Part shown: positions 52,341 to 64,000 of the stretch, in pieces
Position numbering within the stretch: the stretch's first letter is position 1
Layout: every line of letters begins with the position of its first letter
Source of the DNA: Eledone cirrhosa
Taxonomy: Eukaryota
Direction of reading: 5' to 3'
NCBI GenBank assembly: GCA_964016885.1
Contig: OZ024745.1
Span: 52,390,001-52,454,000 of the forward strand
Length of the DNA stretch: 64,000 nt
Notes under the pieces: generated by a model
Database searches by the model: none
What the model was told of the DNA's origin: nothing
The model's input: the letters and a program-made list of their open reading frames with translations, nothing else
Program-made: the position numbers and the translations under genes

Positions 52341-55274
52341 TTTTGTTGGGCATAAGAAGCGAAGAGTAGACTTCATACCAGCTGTGTTTCTGGTTTTCTT
52401 TTCATACTCGTGGTTCCAATTTTTCAAGCTTCTTTGACTTTTCTATTCTTATTAACTGTTAACAAATTGTCTATATGTCTACCTAATACATCTGTTCTCC
52501 GTTATACATTATTCAATTCAAACATAGGAACATTATTTATTTTCACATTGCTTTGTAATTTTCTGTACGTCTTATTTACTTTCTCGCCCACATCTGCATT
52601 CTACATTGTTCGTTTAGCAGATTGGACAGCCTTCAAAATACACCGGGGATATGCTAAACAAACTTGCTATATAAATGTTGCCCGGTTCTTTGACGTCATG
52701 ACGTTTTCCTTAATTGTTCTGATTAATATTTCATTTGAGATATATGGTGAGAGACATAAAGCTAAGGCAGGAAATGGAAAGGCCGTGATATAGGAATATA
52801 GGGAATGCTTGTTTCCTGAAAGTGGCACGGTTGTGTATTTTCAATGTTTGCAAAGAGCTGGATGCTGCCGGGTGGGGTGGGGGCTAATTCTACAGCTTTA
52901 GCCAAAGGTAGCATGCTTGATAATGTGTACTAAAGGTGCATGAGCTTATCAAGTAAAACTCCAGAAAGTCAATAAGTGAAACAGCTATGGAGCTTAGGTT
53001 TTCATAGAACACTACAGGAGGAATTGTCCTTGAACACCTTCGATAAATTTAATATATGATGGGGAGCGGCCATGCATTTTCCGCAAAAGTAAAGATACGG
53101 AGTACTTGTTGAACAAGTTGAAACATAAAGAGCGTGGAATTTATGGTTTTTCTCTGCTGAAGAAAACATTGATCAGAATTAAAAGATCAATCAAAGAAAT
53201 TGAGAGCTGGTTATACTGATATCCTGCTTACAACGTTTCTCTGAATTAGGGAAGACCCCATTCAGTCTGTTTCATCTACCGATCCCCTATCCTGTTTAGC
53301 TTTTCCACTAGAATCTCTAACTCTAAATAGATACCCAATAATTTGCAGACCACCTTTGTTCTAATTAATTCAGTATACCTCGCTCTCATAATGCACATAA
53401 GCTAGCTCCATTTAACTGCCATTTTACACAAAATAACATATGTAAAATGATTAACACCCCCGCCCCCGTATTTTCACTCACTTCACAATTTCTCTAATCC
53501 TTATCATTAACTTGTTTCTTTGGTAGAAATGGTGTGACAAAGATAATGAAATTCGTGTTTATACAGATAAATATATAACACAAATCGTCTTTCGGATTAT
53601 GTAGTCTTCAGAATTCAGTTACAGTATATATATATATATATATATATATATTCGAGTGTGTGTGTGTGTTTGTTTGTATGTCTGTGTGTGTGTGTGTCTG
53701 TGTCTGTGTGTCTGTGTAATGTAACCTATTGTAGTATTTTGGAGATTCAGCGCATACAATTTTACATGTAATCAACACATCTTGAAATGTAAATTATTAC
53801 ACATTATGTGGATATTAACGATAATCTGCGCACGTCATTCTGGAGACATTGTATTGAAAAATATTCATTTAATTTTCCTATTCGTTTTACTTTTCGTCTT
53901 AAATCTGCATCAAATCGTTTCAATTAAAATGCAAATTTTGTTCGATATTAAAATAGTCCGTTATGTCTGGATACGACAAGTTTATTTGTTAAACTTGGAA
54001 ATAATCAAATGTTCAGAAAATACTTGATTTCTTACACACAATTCAGACGAGACGCTTTGGTGTAGACAGAGATGAAAAGTAGAAAATAAAAAAAAGTTTG
54101 ATAATTTCCGGTGAAATTGAAAATAACGATGTTAATGCAATCGATAACAATGGTGAATTAGATAGGAATCAACAGACATAGTTATTGTATCCATACAAGT
54201 TGAAATTTCTTTGATGATATCTAATTAAATCTATGTATTCTTGTGTATATTTTCAAAGGAAACAAGCAACAAATTTTCTTTATATAAAATGTGCTGCGGT
54301 AAATATCTCAAATGGGCCGATGAAATGAATGTGGATAAATAAGCGAGGCTTTTGTATGTAATGCTGTACACATTTATCACATGTGCACACACATACACAT
54401 ACACACATACACATACACATACCCATACGCAAATACACAAAAATACCCATACGCATATACACAAACACAGAAACTCATATACAACTACATATAAACAGGC
54501 ACACACGCATGCACGTATACACACACGCACATTACACATACACGCATGCAAATAAAGACGCACACACACAAACACGCACAATTATAAGTTATTGAAATTT
54601 CCCTTTTAGATTTTGTCGAAATTAAAATCACAGTGTTAACTTTGAGGAAATCTCAACGAAGTTCCACGGAGGATTTCAAATAAAACGACAAATTTCACAT
54701 GTATGTATACGGGAACATCTCCCCCCCCCCCACACAAACACACAAACACACAAAAACACACACACATACACACTCACACACATGCACACACACACATGTA
54801 TATGTATGGGAATAATAATTGAACAATATTAATGCTATAATCAATATATCTGAGAGAAACAAAATATTAAATTGAGTGTCGTAAGAATAGGAATTTGTAA
54901 ATATGTGTTTATCTATGTTTGCACACGTGAGTGACATTTGTGTGTGTGTGAGTTGGTATTTGTACGTCTGCAGATATATGTTTGTTTGACTTTATGTGTA
55001 ACTGTATAGTGAAAACTGAAGATAGGTATTAATATCTGTGAGCATAGCTTGTGCAAATTTTTAGAAAACAATGCTGGATCATAAACTTTAATCTATAAAC
55101 GTATTTTTAAAAGTATAACAGTCCTGGTATCATAAAACTTCTAAACTTTTAAATAGTTATTTTTTTTTTTATATTCATTGAGCAGGCTAAAAACTGTTAT
55201 AGCCCCAAACTCTGAAACGCGTCACAAAGTGACTAGAGTAAAAACAAGTTAAACATCTAATAGTTCTTTTTTTC

Positions 55275-56235
55275 ATGGGACGTTTCATGGATGTCATTCA
55301 CGTGCTTGCTTCTAGCTTGCATAGGAGCCAAGTATCCAGCACGGATTCGGAAAATATTTTGTTTCTTGGAGATCGCAACGCACGTGTAAAAAAAGGCGTC
55401 CATATCTGGAATATTTTAGTATGTCACAGAATGGGTAAGATGATTGCCAAGTTCTTTCTTCTTTTTCGATGATATATTTTGCAGGAAAAGGAGATCCATA
55501 ATGCAAAATGGATACACTCAAGATCCCAACTTGGACACAGTTCCGGGTATATCTTCAACAGGAACAGAGTCCTCCAGGACATCTTCACTGTAAGATGCCA
55601 ACTCGAAATATCAAAAATAACTGGTATGATGTTTCAGAAAAGATGCAGAGAGCTTCTAACTGCAGAAACTTGACGGCATTACACAGCATAATAGGGGATT
55701 TTCTTCAAAGCTTTAATGGACTTCAGCAAAAAGAGACTGTGACTGAGTGGATGAAATATTAAACCATTATAAATTAAGGTATACTCTCAAAGAGAAACAG
55801 AGGGAAAGCTCCAGATTCGGATAGAACCCTTGTCGAGTTAATTCGCTTTGGAGGAGACAATGTTCTTATGTCCAATTTTATGTCTAATTTTATTTGTGTT
55901 GTATGGCGAGCTTGTCGCGCAAGACAGGCTAGATGCAACTTTTTATTCGATTGAAAAGTGGAAGGGCACCGAGTCTAACTGCGGGGATTATCGATGTAGA
56001 GGTTTGCTCGATTCGGTGGGAAATATCTAATCTCCAATGTCCTGTTGAAACGTCTAATAAAATGGATCTCTGCTGGGGCCGAGCCATGTCTGAATTCAAA
56101 TCCGAGCGAAATCCTATAGATATGATTTTCTTAGCCTGTCAGAATATGGAGAGGTGTGTTCTGCTCTGTAAGATGTTCCCCTGTACCAAGTATTTGTGGA
56201 CCTTAATAAAGCCTTCTATACTGTTAACAACGGCT
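55275..56235 (+). pseudogene. Degenerate RTE-clade LINE (APE and RT remnants)
   Basis: LFLGDRNARV (LGDFNARV), WIHSRSQLGH (WMHPRSKHWH), KG.ESNCGDYR..GLLDSVG, SEFKSERNPIDMIF..CQNMERC, VFVDLNKAFYTVN. Confidence 0.8.
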
Positions 56236-57022
56236 AAGTTACAAAATGTGAAGACACTATGTTCGTCGAATTGGAAAAACCCGGGAGGTGGTGAGGACGG
56301 AGTGAAGGTTAGGAAGCATTCAACACCGACGGTGCCAGAATCTCGGGTACTGAGTGCCACACGAATATAGGCGTGCGCGCAAGAGTAAAATCACACAGGG
56401 ACATAAGCCCTGGAATGTGTGTCATTGGTGTGTGCGAGCATGAGAACATACGTGTGCATACATCAGAAAGTCTGAGCTTGATGGTTGTGCGTGTGCAGAT
56501 GTAGATGTGTGTTGAGTAGTTTAAACAGATCTTGTAAATGTGGATGTGTAATGTGTGGTAGCTAGTGTAGTATGTCTCTGTATGTGCATGTGTTCATGTG
56601 GGAGAGCAAGGATAATGTGAGGGTATAGTAATATAATTATATATTATTTTGTTATAGGATGGACATGCGTGAATATATTCTGAATTACATTCTGCCTAGC
56701 TTAGTTATCGAACATAATTCGCTTTATGAATGGTAGTGTGTTTATATGTGCATGCATGAGTGCATGTGCTTGTGGGTGTGCCTGTGTGTGAGTGAGTTTG
56801 TCGATGTATAACTATATATAGCGGCTCATGGAAAGATATTGTGATGCTGTTTTGTCTCGCATGTATCTTTCCTGCAGTTTGTCCAAACTGTCGTGCATTT
56901 TGAACTCAATGTTATTTGCAATTCAAATTCTTGGCATTAAATTACATTGCCCAAGGGATAATAAACGAGAAAGATGGATTCATTTGTTTATTTATTCCTT
57001 CTCTTTCGTATTTTCGCTGTAC

Positions 57023-57062
<40 letters not shown>

Positions 57063-57714
57063 TACATATATATATGTGTGCGTGTATGGTGGGGGTGCGT
57101 GTGTATGTGTTTGATTGAGTCTCTGTGGGCGCTTGTGTCTATGTTTGACTGTTGATATGTATATATCCATTCACATAAACATACACGCATACATAAACAT
57201 ACATACACACATAAACATACATACACACATACATACATGAATACAGGCATATAGCCATATACATATGAAGGCGGGAGACAAATACTGTCGTTTAAAAATA
57301 TCAATGGAGACAGAGATATAACATAAATAAAACAGTACATCTTGGAGGTAAGAATAGAAGAACACTGTTATACGACAAAGTAAGGTGGTTAAATTGCCTA
57401 ATTAAAGGGTATTATTGACCATTTTGTTGTATGGTGAAGCTAGAAATCAGTCAGCAGAACAAAAACTATTTACAAAGGAGTGGATTTGAATAAAAATTCT
57501 TTAGGCGTCGCGACAAATCGATATACACAGACAAAAGCCGCAATGCTAGAAACGTACAAATAAAACATGTTCATAGACGACAAAACATAGTAGACAGCCA
57601 TTCGCACACTTATACACGGAGATACAAATACACACACCAAATACATCCGCGCATTGATACGCGTACACAATCATATACACAAAGGCACGTGCCTAAGAAT
57701 AACCACCTGTGTAT

Positions 57715-57719
57715 GTATG

Positions 57720-57780
<61 letters not shown>

Positions 57781-57833
57781 TTATTTATATATGTATATAT
57801 ATATATATATAAATATATATATTTATTTATTTA

Positions 57834-57872
<39 letters not shown>

Positions 57873-57937
57873 TTATATATATATATATATGTATATATAT
57901 ATACATATATATATAAGTATATATATTTATGTATATA

Positions 57938-57968
<31 letters not shown>

Positions 57969-57977
57969 GTATATATG

Positions 57978-58008
<31 letters not shown>

Positions 58009-58102
58009 GTATATATATATATATATATTATATATATATATGTATATATACATATATATATATATTTACATATATATATATTTATATATGTATATATATA
58101 TG

Positions 58103-58136
<34 letters not shown>

Positions 58137-58142
58137 ATATAT

Positions 58143-58175
<33 letters not shown>

Positions 58176-58237
58176 TTACATATATATATATTTACATATA
58201 TATATATATATGTAAATATATATATATATGTAATATA

Positions 58238-58290
<53 letters not shown>

Positions 58291-58313
58291 ATATATATTA
58301 TATATATATATAT

Positions 58314-58345
<32 letters not shown>

Positions 58346-58353
58346 ATATTATA

Positions 58354-58386
<33 letters not shown>

Positions 58387-58419
58387 TTACATATATATAT
58401 ATTTACATATATATATATG

Positions 58420-58463
<44 letters not shown>

Positions 58464-58469
58464 ATATAT

Positions 58470-58501
<32 letters not shown>

Positions 58502-58507
58502 ATATAT

Positions 58508-58540
<33 letters not shown>

Positions 58541-58596
58541 TTACATATATATATATTTACATATATATATGTAAATATATATATATATGTAATATA

Positions 58597-58660
<64 letters not shown>

Positions 58661-58700
58661 TATATATATATATATATATCTTATATATATATATATATCT

Positions 58701-58735
<35 letters not shown>

Positions 58736-58756
58736 CTTATATATATATATATATCT

Positions 58757-58817
<61 letters not shown>

Positions 58818-58839
58818 TATACATATATATATATACATA

Positions 58840-58923
<84 letters not shown>

Positions 58924-58978
58924 ATAAATATATATATATATATTTATATATATATATATAAATATATATATATATATT

Positions 58979-59067
<89 letters not shown>

Positions 59068-59118
59068 ATAAATATATATATATATATTTATATATATATA
59101 TATAAATATATATATATA

Positions 59119-59173
<55 letters not shown>

Positions 59174-59215
59174 TATATATATATATATATATATATATCT
59201 TATATATATATATAT

Positions 59216-59250
<35 letters not shown>

Positions 59251-59305
59251 TATATATATATATACATATATATATGTATATATAAATAAATTAATATATA
59301 TATAT
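57715..59305. repeat. ~1.6-kb interrupted (TA)n array
   Basis: Direct reading; source of the YIYI ORFs. Confidence 0.95.
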
Positions 59306-59329
59306 ACGTGTGTGTTTGTGTGTGTTGGG

Positions 59330-60030
59330 TAGCGGTATATCTTTGTTTTGTAGACCTCGAAAAGGCATATAACTTCATTCCTCGGGACTTGCTGTGAGAT
59401 ACTCTGCAGGAGTATAGTATCGATGGGCAGCTTTTTGTTTCCCTGATGTCTGTATATGCATACCCAAGTATATTCTCTTATTCATAACCATTGAAAGTAG
59501 CCGTCGGACGCCCCATAGCGTTTATACTCTAGTCTTACCTTTTCATTATTTTATGAAAGTCTTACCTTTTCATTATTTGATATACAAGCCGGGTTGGTTA
59601 TGGTATAATGATTTGAAAATGCAAAATCAGTAGGCTAGAACTTAAGAGGGAATGGTGTTGCTTAACTCGACAGAAGGGGAAAACTCCTCTTCTAAATTAA
59701 TCGTGCGCTGTGTTCGCTATGTGTGAATGGATTTTCGCTGGAGCACGTGGATAAGTTCAAGTATCTCGGAGTCGCGTTCACGAGAGATGGAAGTCAGGGG
59801 GCTGAATTAAGTGCGGCAATTGAAGGAGCTGGTGCAGTAATTCGCCAGCTTCCCCATTCTGCCATGACAAGAAGGAGGCAGGTGATACCCAAGCTCGTTA
59901 AATTGAATTTTGTATTCATGACATCCCTGATTTATGGTCATGAATGTTGGGTAATGACTGAAAGAATACGATCGCAAATACAAGCGGCGGGGATTTATCT
60001 TAATTTAATTTCTGATATCGGCTAGTTCAA
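59330..60030 (+). pseudogene. Degenerate RTE-clade LINE RT fragment
   Basis: CFVDLEKAYNFIPRDLL, LQEYSIDGQL, LEHVDKFKYLGVAF, LIYGHECWVMTERIRSQIQAA. Confidence 0.82.
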
Positions 60031-60180
60031 TCTGCATATTAGCAGACCCAGAAGATAAGCCAGTCAGTTTCATGTATACGAGAGATTAATGGCCGGATTT
60101 GCTATATTGAAATAACAAACCAATAGTTAATCGCTCTACATGGTTGAATGCAATAAATGTAATCTGAGTATTTCGAATAT

Positions 60181-60310
60181 TAATAATTGTTTCTACTTTA
60201 GGCACGAGGCCAGCAATTATCCCAGTGCATTACTGGTACTTTATTTTATCGACCCCGTAAGGATGACAGGCAAAGTCAACCTCGGCGGGATTTGAACTCA
60301 GATCGTAATA
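60181..60310 (-). mobile_element. SINE copy (family of 18300 and 51501)
   Basis: tttatcgaccccgtaaggatgacaggcaaagtcaacctcggcgggatttgaactcaga. Confidence 0.8.
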
Positions 60311-60575
60311 ATATTCGATTCGTTTACAATTATGCAAACAGCCTCTTGAAAGCCATGCCAGTACAATGCACTCGTCGTTCTTGCTCTTGTGTTGGCATTA
60401 TACAGAACATTATACAGAACATTATACAGAGTGATTACCCTTCATATACAAATTTGGCTGATCATATGTGTCTCCTAATATGCAAATCAGGCCGATCAGT
60501 CACTCAATATAGTACTGATGAAGGGTGATCACCGAGATACATTAGTGCCTACAGTTCTGTTTACATAACTATTTG

Positions 60576-60620
<45 letters not shown>

Positions 60621-60718
60621 TATGTATGTGTATTTATATATACACACACACACACACATATGTATATATATAGACATGCATATAGATAGATACACACACA
60701 CACACACACACACAGACA

Positions 60719-61193
60719 TCTATATATAAAACTGAGGATGTCTGTCTGTGTGTGTGCGTGTGTGTGTCTCTGAGTTTGAATCCCTAAAACTCGAGAAGTA
60801 CCCAACCGATTTTTTCAAATTTTACATGTGTATTACCTATGATTCAGGGCGTGTTATGCACATAAAAGTCAGCTTTTTGATCCCCTAGAGCCTGCATTAG
60901 GTGAAAAACTGCGTTTTTCCACCTTTTTAGTGGGTTTTTTAGGCGTTACGCCAGACCGATTTCCTTGAAATTGTAACTATGTATTAGTCAGTCACTTCTT
61001 CATACCGTGAGCAAAGAAAATCCAACTTGTTTATGGCCTGGAAGGAGAAGCATACCTAATACTAATTGCATCAGAGTATTCGGTTTATTTTCTTTAAATA
61101 TTATCCAGGCATGCAGTATTTCCACGATTAGGCCTGCTGGCGGCCCGTGTCCCAAATACCTTGTCCCATTCACACGCCGGGTACCACTGCCAG
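60719..61193 (+). mobile_element. Non-autonomous Helitron
   Basis: A|TCtatatataaaa 5' end, internal (TG)n, caaccgatttt..caaattt motifs, 3' acgccgggta...CCAG|T. Confidence 0.65.
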
Positions 61194-61303
61194 TATATAG
61201 ATATATATATTGAATGAGTGAGAAAGACCAAATGTCATTAATGAAAGTCTCTGGATTTTGAGATTTGGTTTATAAATATAAATTTTAATAAGCATTTCGT
61301 AGT

Positions 61304-61440
61304 TGCCTCTGTGGCCGAACGGTAGGTATTAGAAACAGTGATGATGCTGACCTTGGGTTCAATCCTGCTCAGGAGGTACATGTGACCTCTTTCAGTTTTT
61401 ATTTTACAATCAATAGCAAAAAATACTGAAAAGGTTTAGT
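61304..61440 (+). mobile_element. tRNA-like head plus terminal hairpin; related copy at 61966-62088
   Basis: A-box-like tggccgaacgg, B box gggttcaatcc, then ttcagtttttattttac...aaaaaatactgaaaagg. Confidence 0.5.
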
Positions 61441-61575
61441 ATTCGTGTTTGAGTGTATGTGTTTTTGTTTCCGTATTCTATCTGTGTTCACTAGTGTGTG
61501 TTTATATGTGTTTGTTGTTAGTGTACTAGTGTATATGTGTATTTATTTATTTTCCCCTTAATCCAGTGTTTTTAC
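61440..61575 (-). mobile_element. Fragment homologous to the 3' UTR of the PLE at 13660-15715
   Basis: Matches 14090-14225 (gtattctatct..gtt.actagt.tgtgtttatatgtgtttgttgtta.tgt). Confidence 0.7.
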
Positions 61576-62420
61576 CTATATAATACACACACACACACAC
61601 ACTTATATATATATATATACATATAGAATGCCAATAATAGTAAGTTTGAATCCGACATGCGAAAATTGTACATGCATAAAGTAAGCGCAAATTATAATAG
61701 ATGCAAATATCACAAAGAGAAAGAGAGGGGGAGTGGGGGGAATGAGGTGCAACAGAAATGAAATATAGATTACAGGTTAAAATATAGTTTAGATAGATGT
61801 GAAATAAAACGAGGATGTAATTTATGGAACACGCAAATGATTTAGAAGTCGAGCTTAAGTAGGAGCAATAACATTAAGAAAGATATGAACGAGTACACAA
61901 CATTTTGTTTTGAAAATTTTGAAAGTAGGATTTTAAGTATGAATTTTCGTAAGATTTTTGTATTTGTCCCTGTAGCCTAGTGCTAGGTAGTAGATCTTGA
62001 CCTAGGGTAGAATCCTGGTCAAAATGTACACGTAAGCTTTTTCGGTTTTTATTTTAGAACCCATAGTAAAAAAACTGAAAAGGCTTACAGGGAACCCTAT
62101 CTCTGACCAGTATCGATCTTCAGACCTGCATCACCACAGTCTATGATTGCTTCAACTACGCCAACTAGACAGCTATAAAGAGGTAATGAAAGTTGACAAC
62201 TATAAACCTACTTTCGAAATCAAAGTTTAAAAGATGTGGTGTCGTTCGTGGCTTTCCTAGAGCAATTAGTAATATTTAGGTTCGACTTCTGGTCATTATT
62301 GCAAGACCCTAGATTTCGCAATATATATATTTTTTATTGGAGAAGGTAATATATTTTTCCGCCAAAATTTGATTGCCCTGTTTTGTTTCCACTTACGTAT
62401 TTTATAGAAAATATTATTTA

Positions 62421-62439
62421 TCTGTATATATATAAAATT

Positions 62440-62538
<99 letters not shown>

Positions 62539-63148
62539 AGACTGTGTGTCTGTGTTTTACCTATAGGGTCCTACATCTTACAACCGATTTTCATGAAACA
62601 CTTTACAGGCTCATAGATCAGTCATCGGGGAGTGTTTTCTATATGTCAGCGTATCGTTTTTTTTTATTCTGGGGTCATTCTGCAGATAAAAATCGATAAG
62701 GTGGTCATCTTTTTTTAGGTATCGAAAAATAAGATTTTTGGCCCAGGCTCCCACAATTTGCCACCGATTTCGTTCAAATTTTAAAGCAAAATAAAATATA
62801 TCATTGCACATCCTGTAACGTCTTTATATTTTGCATTTGTTCTACAGGGACAGCGGTGGCAGCCGCTTAACTATTCGAAGATACCACCTTTTTTCGCTCA
62901 AATTTCCCCATTTTCGGCTCTAGCCACATTTTTCAACCGATTTCATTCAAATTCGAAACTCCCTCCTCCAGCATGCACCTTCGTCAGTCATCCGCTTTTC
63001 TCAGTGATATACGTCATCTCCACCCTGCCCCGCATGGCCTGTGTGTGGCCATGGATGAGTCATCGAGAAGCAGTCGCTAAGATCAACACCTTTTCATCAG
63101 AGCAGATATTATTTTACCTACCCAGGCAACGCTGGGTACTGCTGCTAG
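62421..63148 (+). mobile_element. Non-autonomous Helitron
   Basis: A|TC 5' end at 62421, (TG)n, repeated caaccgatttc.ttcaaatt, subterminal hairpin acccag-gcaacg-ctgggt (63120-63137), terminal CTAG|T (63145-63148). Confidence 0.8.
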
Positions 63149-64000
63149 TATAACATATATTTCAACACAGCACAGACAACAATTATGTGAAAGCAATAAT
63201 TTTACACTCTATTCAAAACGTAGGCATTAGTTGTTTCTGACCGTCTAATTGAGTGTAATATATTCATTGTAGGTTTAGCTTGACTGCAATGTATGAATCT
63301 TTGTTTCAAAACCTATCTATATGTCGGTTTAATATTCATATTATAATAAAAAATACTTAATATTGATCGGAAAGTCGTATTTACAGTTTGGATGTTATTA
63401 TTCATATACATGAACGTATTTTCTAGAATCCACAATTACAAAAGTGAACATCTGCCAGGAGGCGATATGAACAGATACTCTATAATAACGTAACAGCAGA
63501 CCTGAAAGCAATTGGTTTAATTTATGAAGATAAATTGTATAAAATCATTTTTCTTTGTTATATTCATCATTATGGAGAAATTAACTTTTCATATTTGCAA
63601 TAGATTTTCAAATAATTTTCTCAAAAGGTGATTTGTCTTTATAATCACCTCCTTTCATTTCCTGTTCAAATATATTTAAGACGATGTAATGGGGAAACAA
63701 ATCTCATTGCGGAGGGTTCTACACACGTGATAATTTTGTAAATTTTACAGGGTTGCCACACATTACAATGCGTTAGAGAATGTAATCGCCAGTCATTAGA
63801 GTGGATTAAATTTAATATAATACAATAGGAAATCATTACCACTTGAGTATATGTGAAAAATCAATAAACAATTATGTATTCCTTTCCAAAATAAATGAAA
63901 GAGGACAAATATCTTTTTTGACGCATCGCCTTGTTTTGAAGAATTGGAGAATTCTTATAGCAGTGTAGAAAACAACGGAAACTTCAACAGTGACCTAATT

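Noticed and set aside
57689-59289. Long ORFs (up to 303 aa) of YIYI, and similar VCVC/HTHT/LSLS ORFs across the window
   Set aside because: Translations of dinucleotide microsatellites that lack stop codons
60505-60555. CTGATGA agggtgatcacc GAGA as a hammerhead
   Set aside because: GAAA is altered and helix I/III cannot be formed in register

Overview
AT-rich eukaryotic, repeat-dominated window with no convincing intact host protein-coding gene. The SINE families, dense (TA)n/(CA)n/(GA)n tracts and base composition resemble an octopus/cephalopod genome (inference). Almost all ORF-track entries are microsatellite translations. Recognisable coding remnants are four Penelope-like retroelements (PLE; RT and/or C-terminal GIY-YIG), RTE- and R4/Dong-like LINE fragments, a mariner transposase remnant and a hAT dimerisation-domain remnant. 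tRNA-derived SINEs and non-autonomous Helitrons are also present. The most striking signal is non-coding. I could hand-fold about 20 type-I hammerhead ribozyme (HHR) motifs (CUGANGA...GAAA-short helix III-UH) from several sequence families. They lie in PLE pseudo-LTR-like units, mostly in (TA)n tracts and often as fold-back palindromes. One family forms a 4x312-bp tandem array with one HHR per unit (retrozyme/circRNA-like). Several carry expanded helix II domains of 60-109 nt, with compensatory helix I changes between copies. All folds were done by eye; none was computed or tested.
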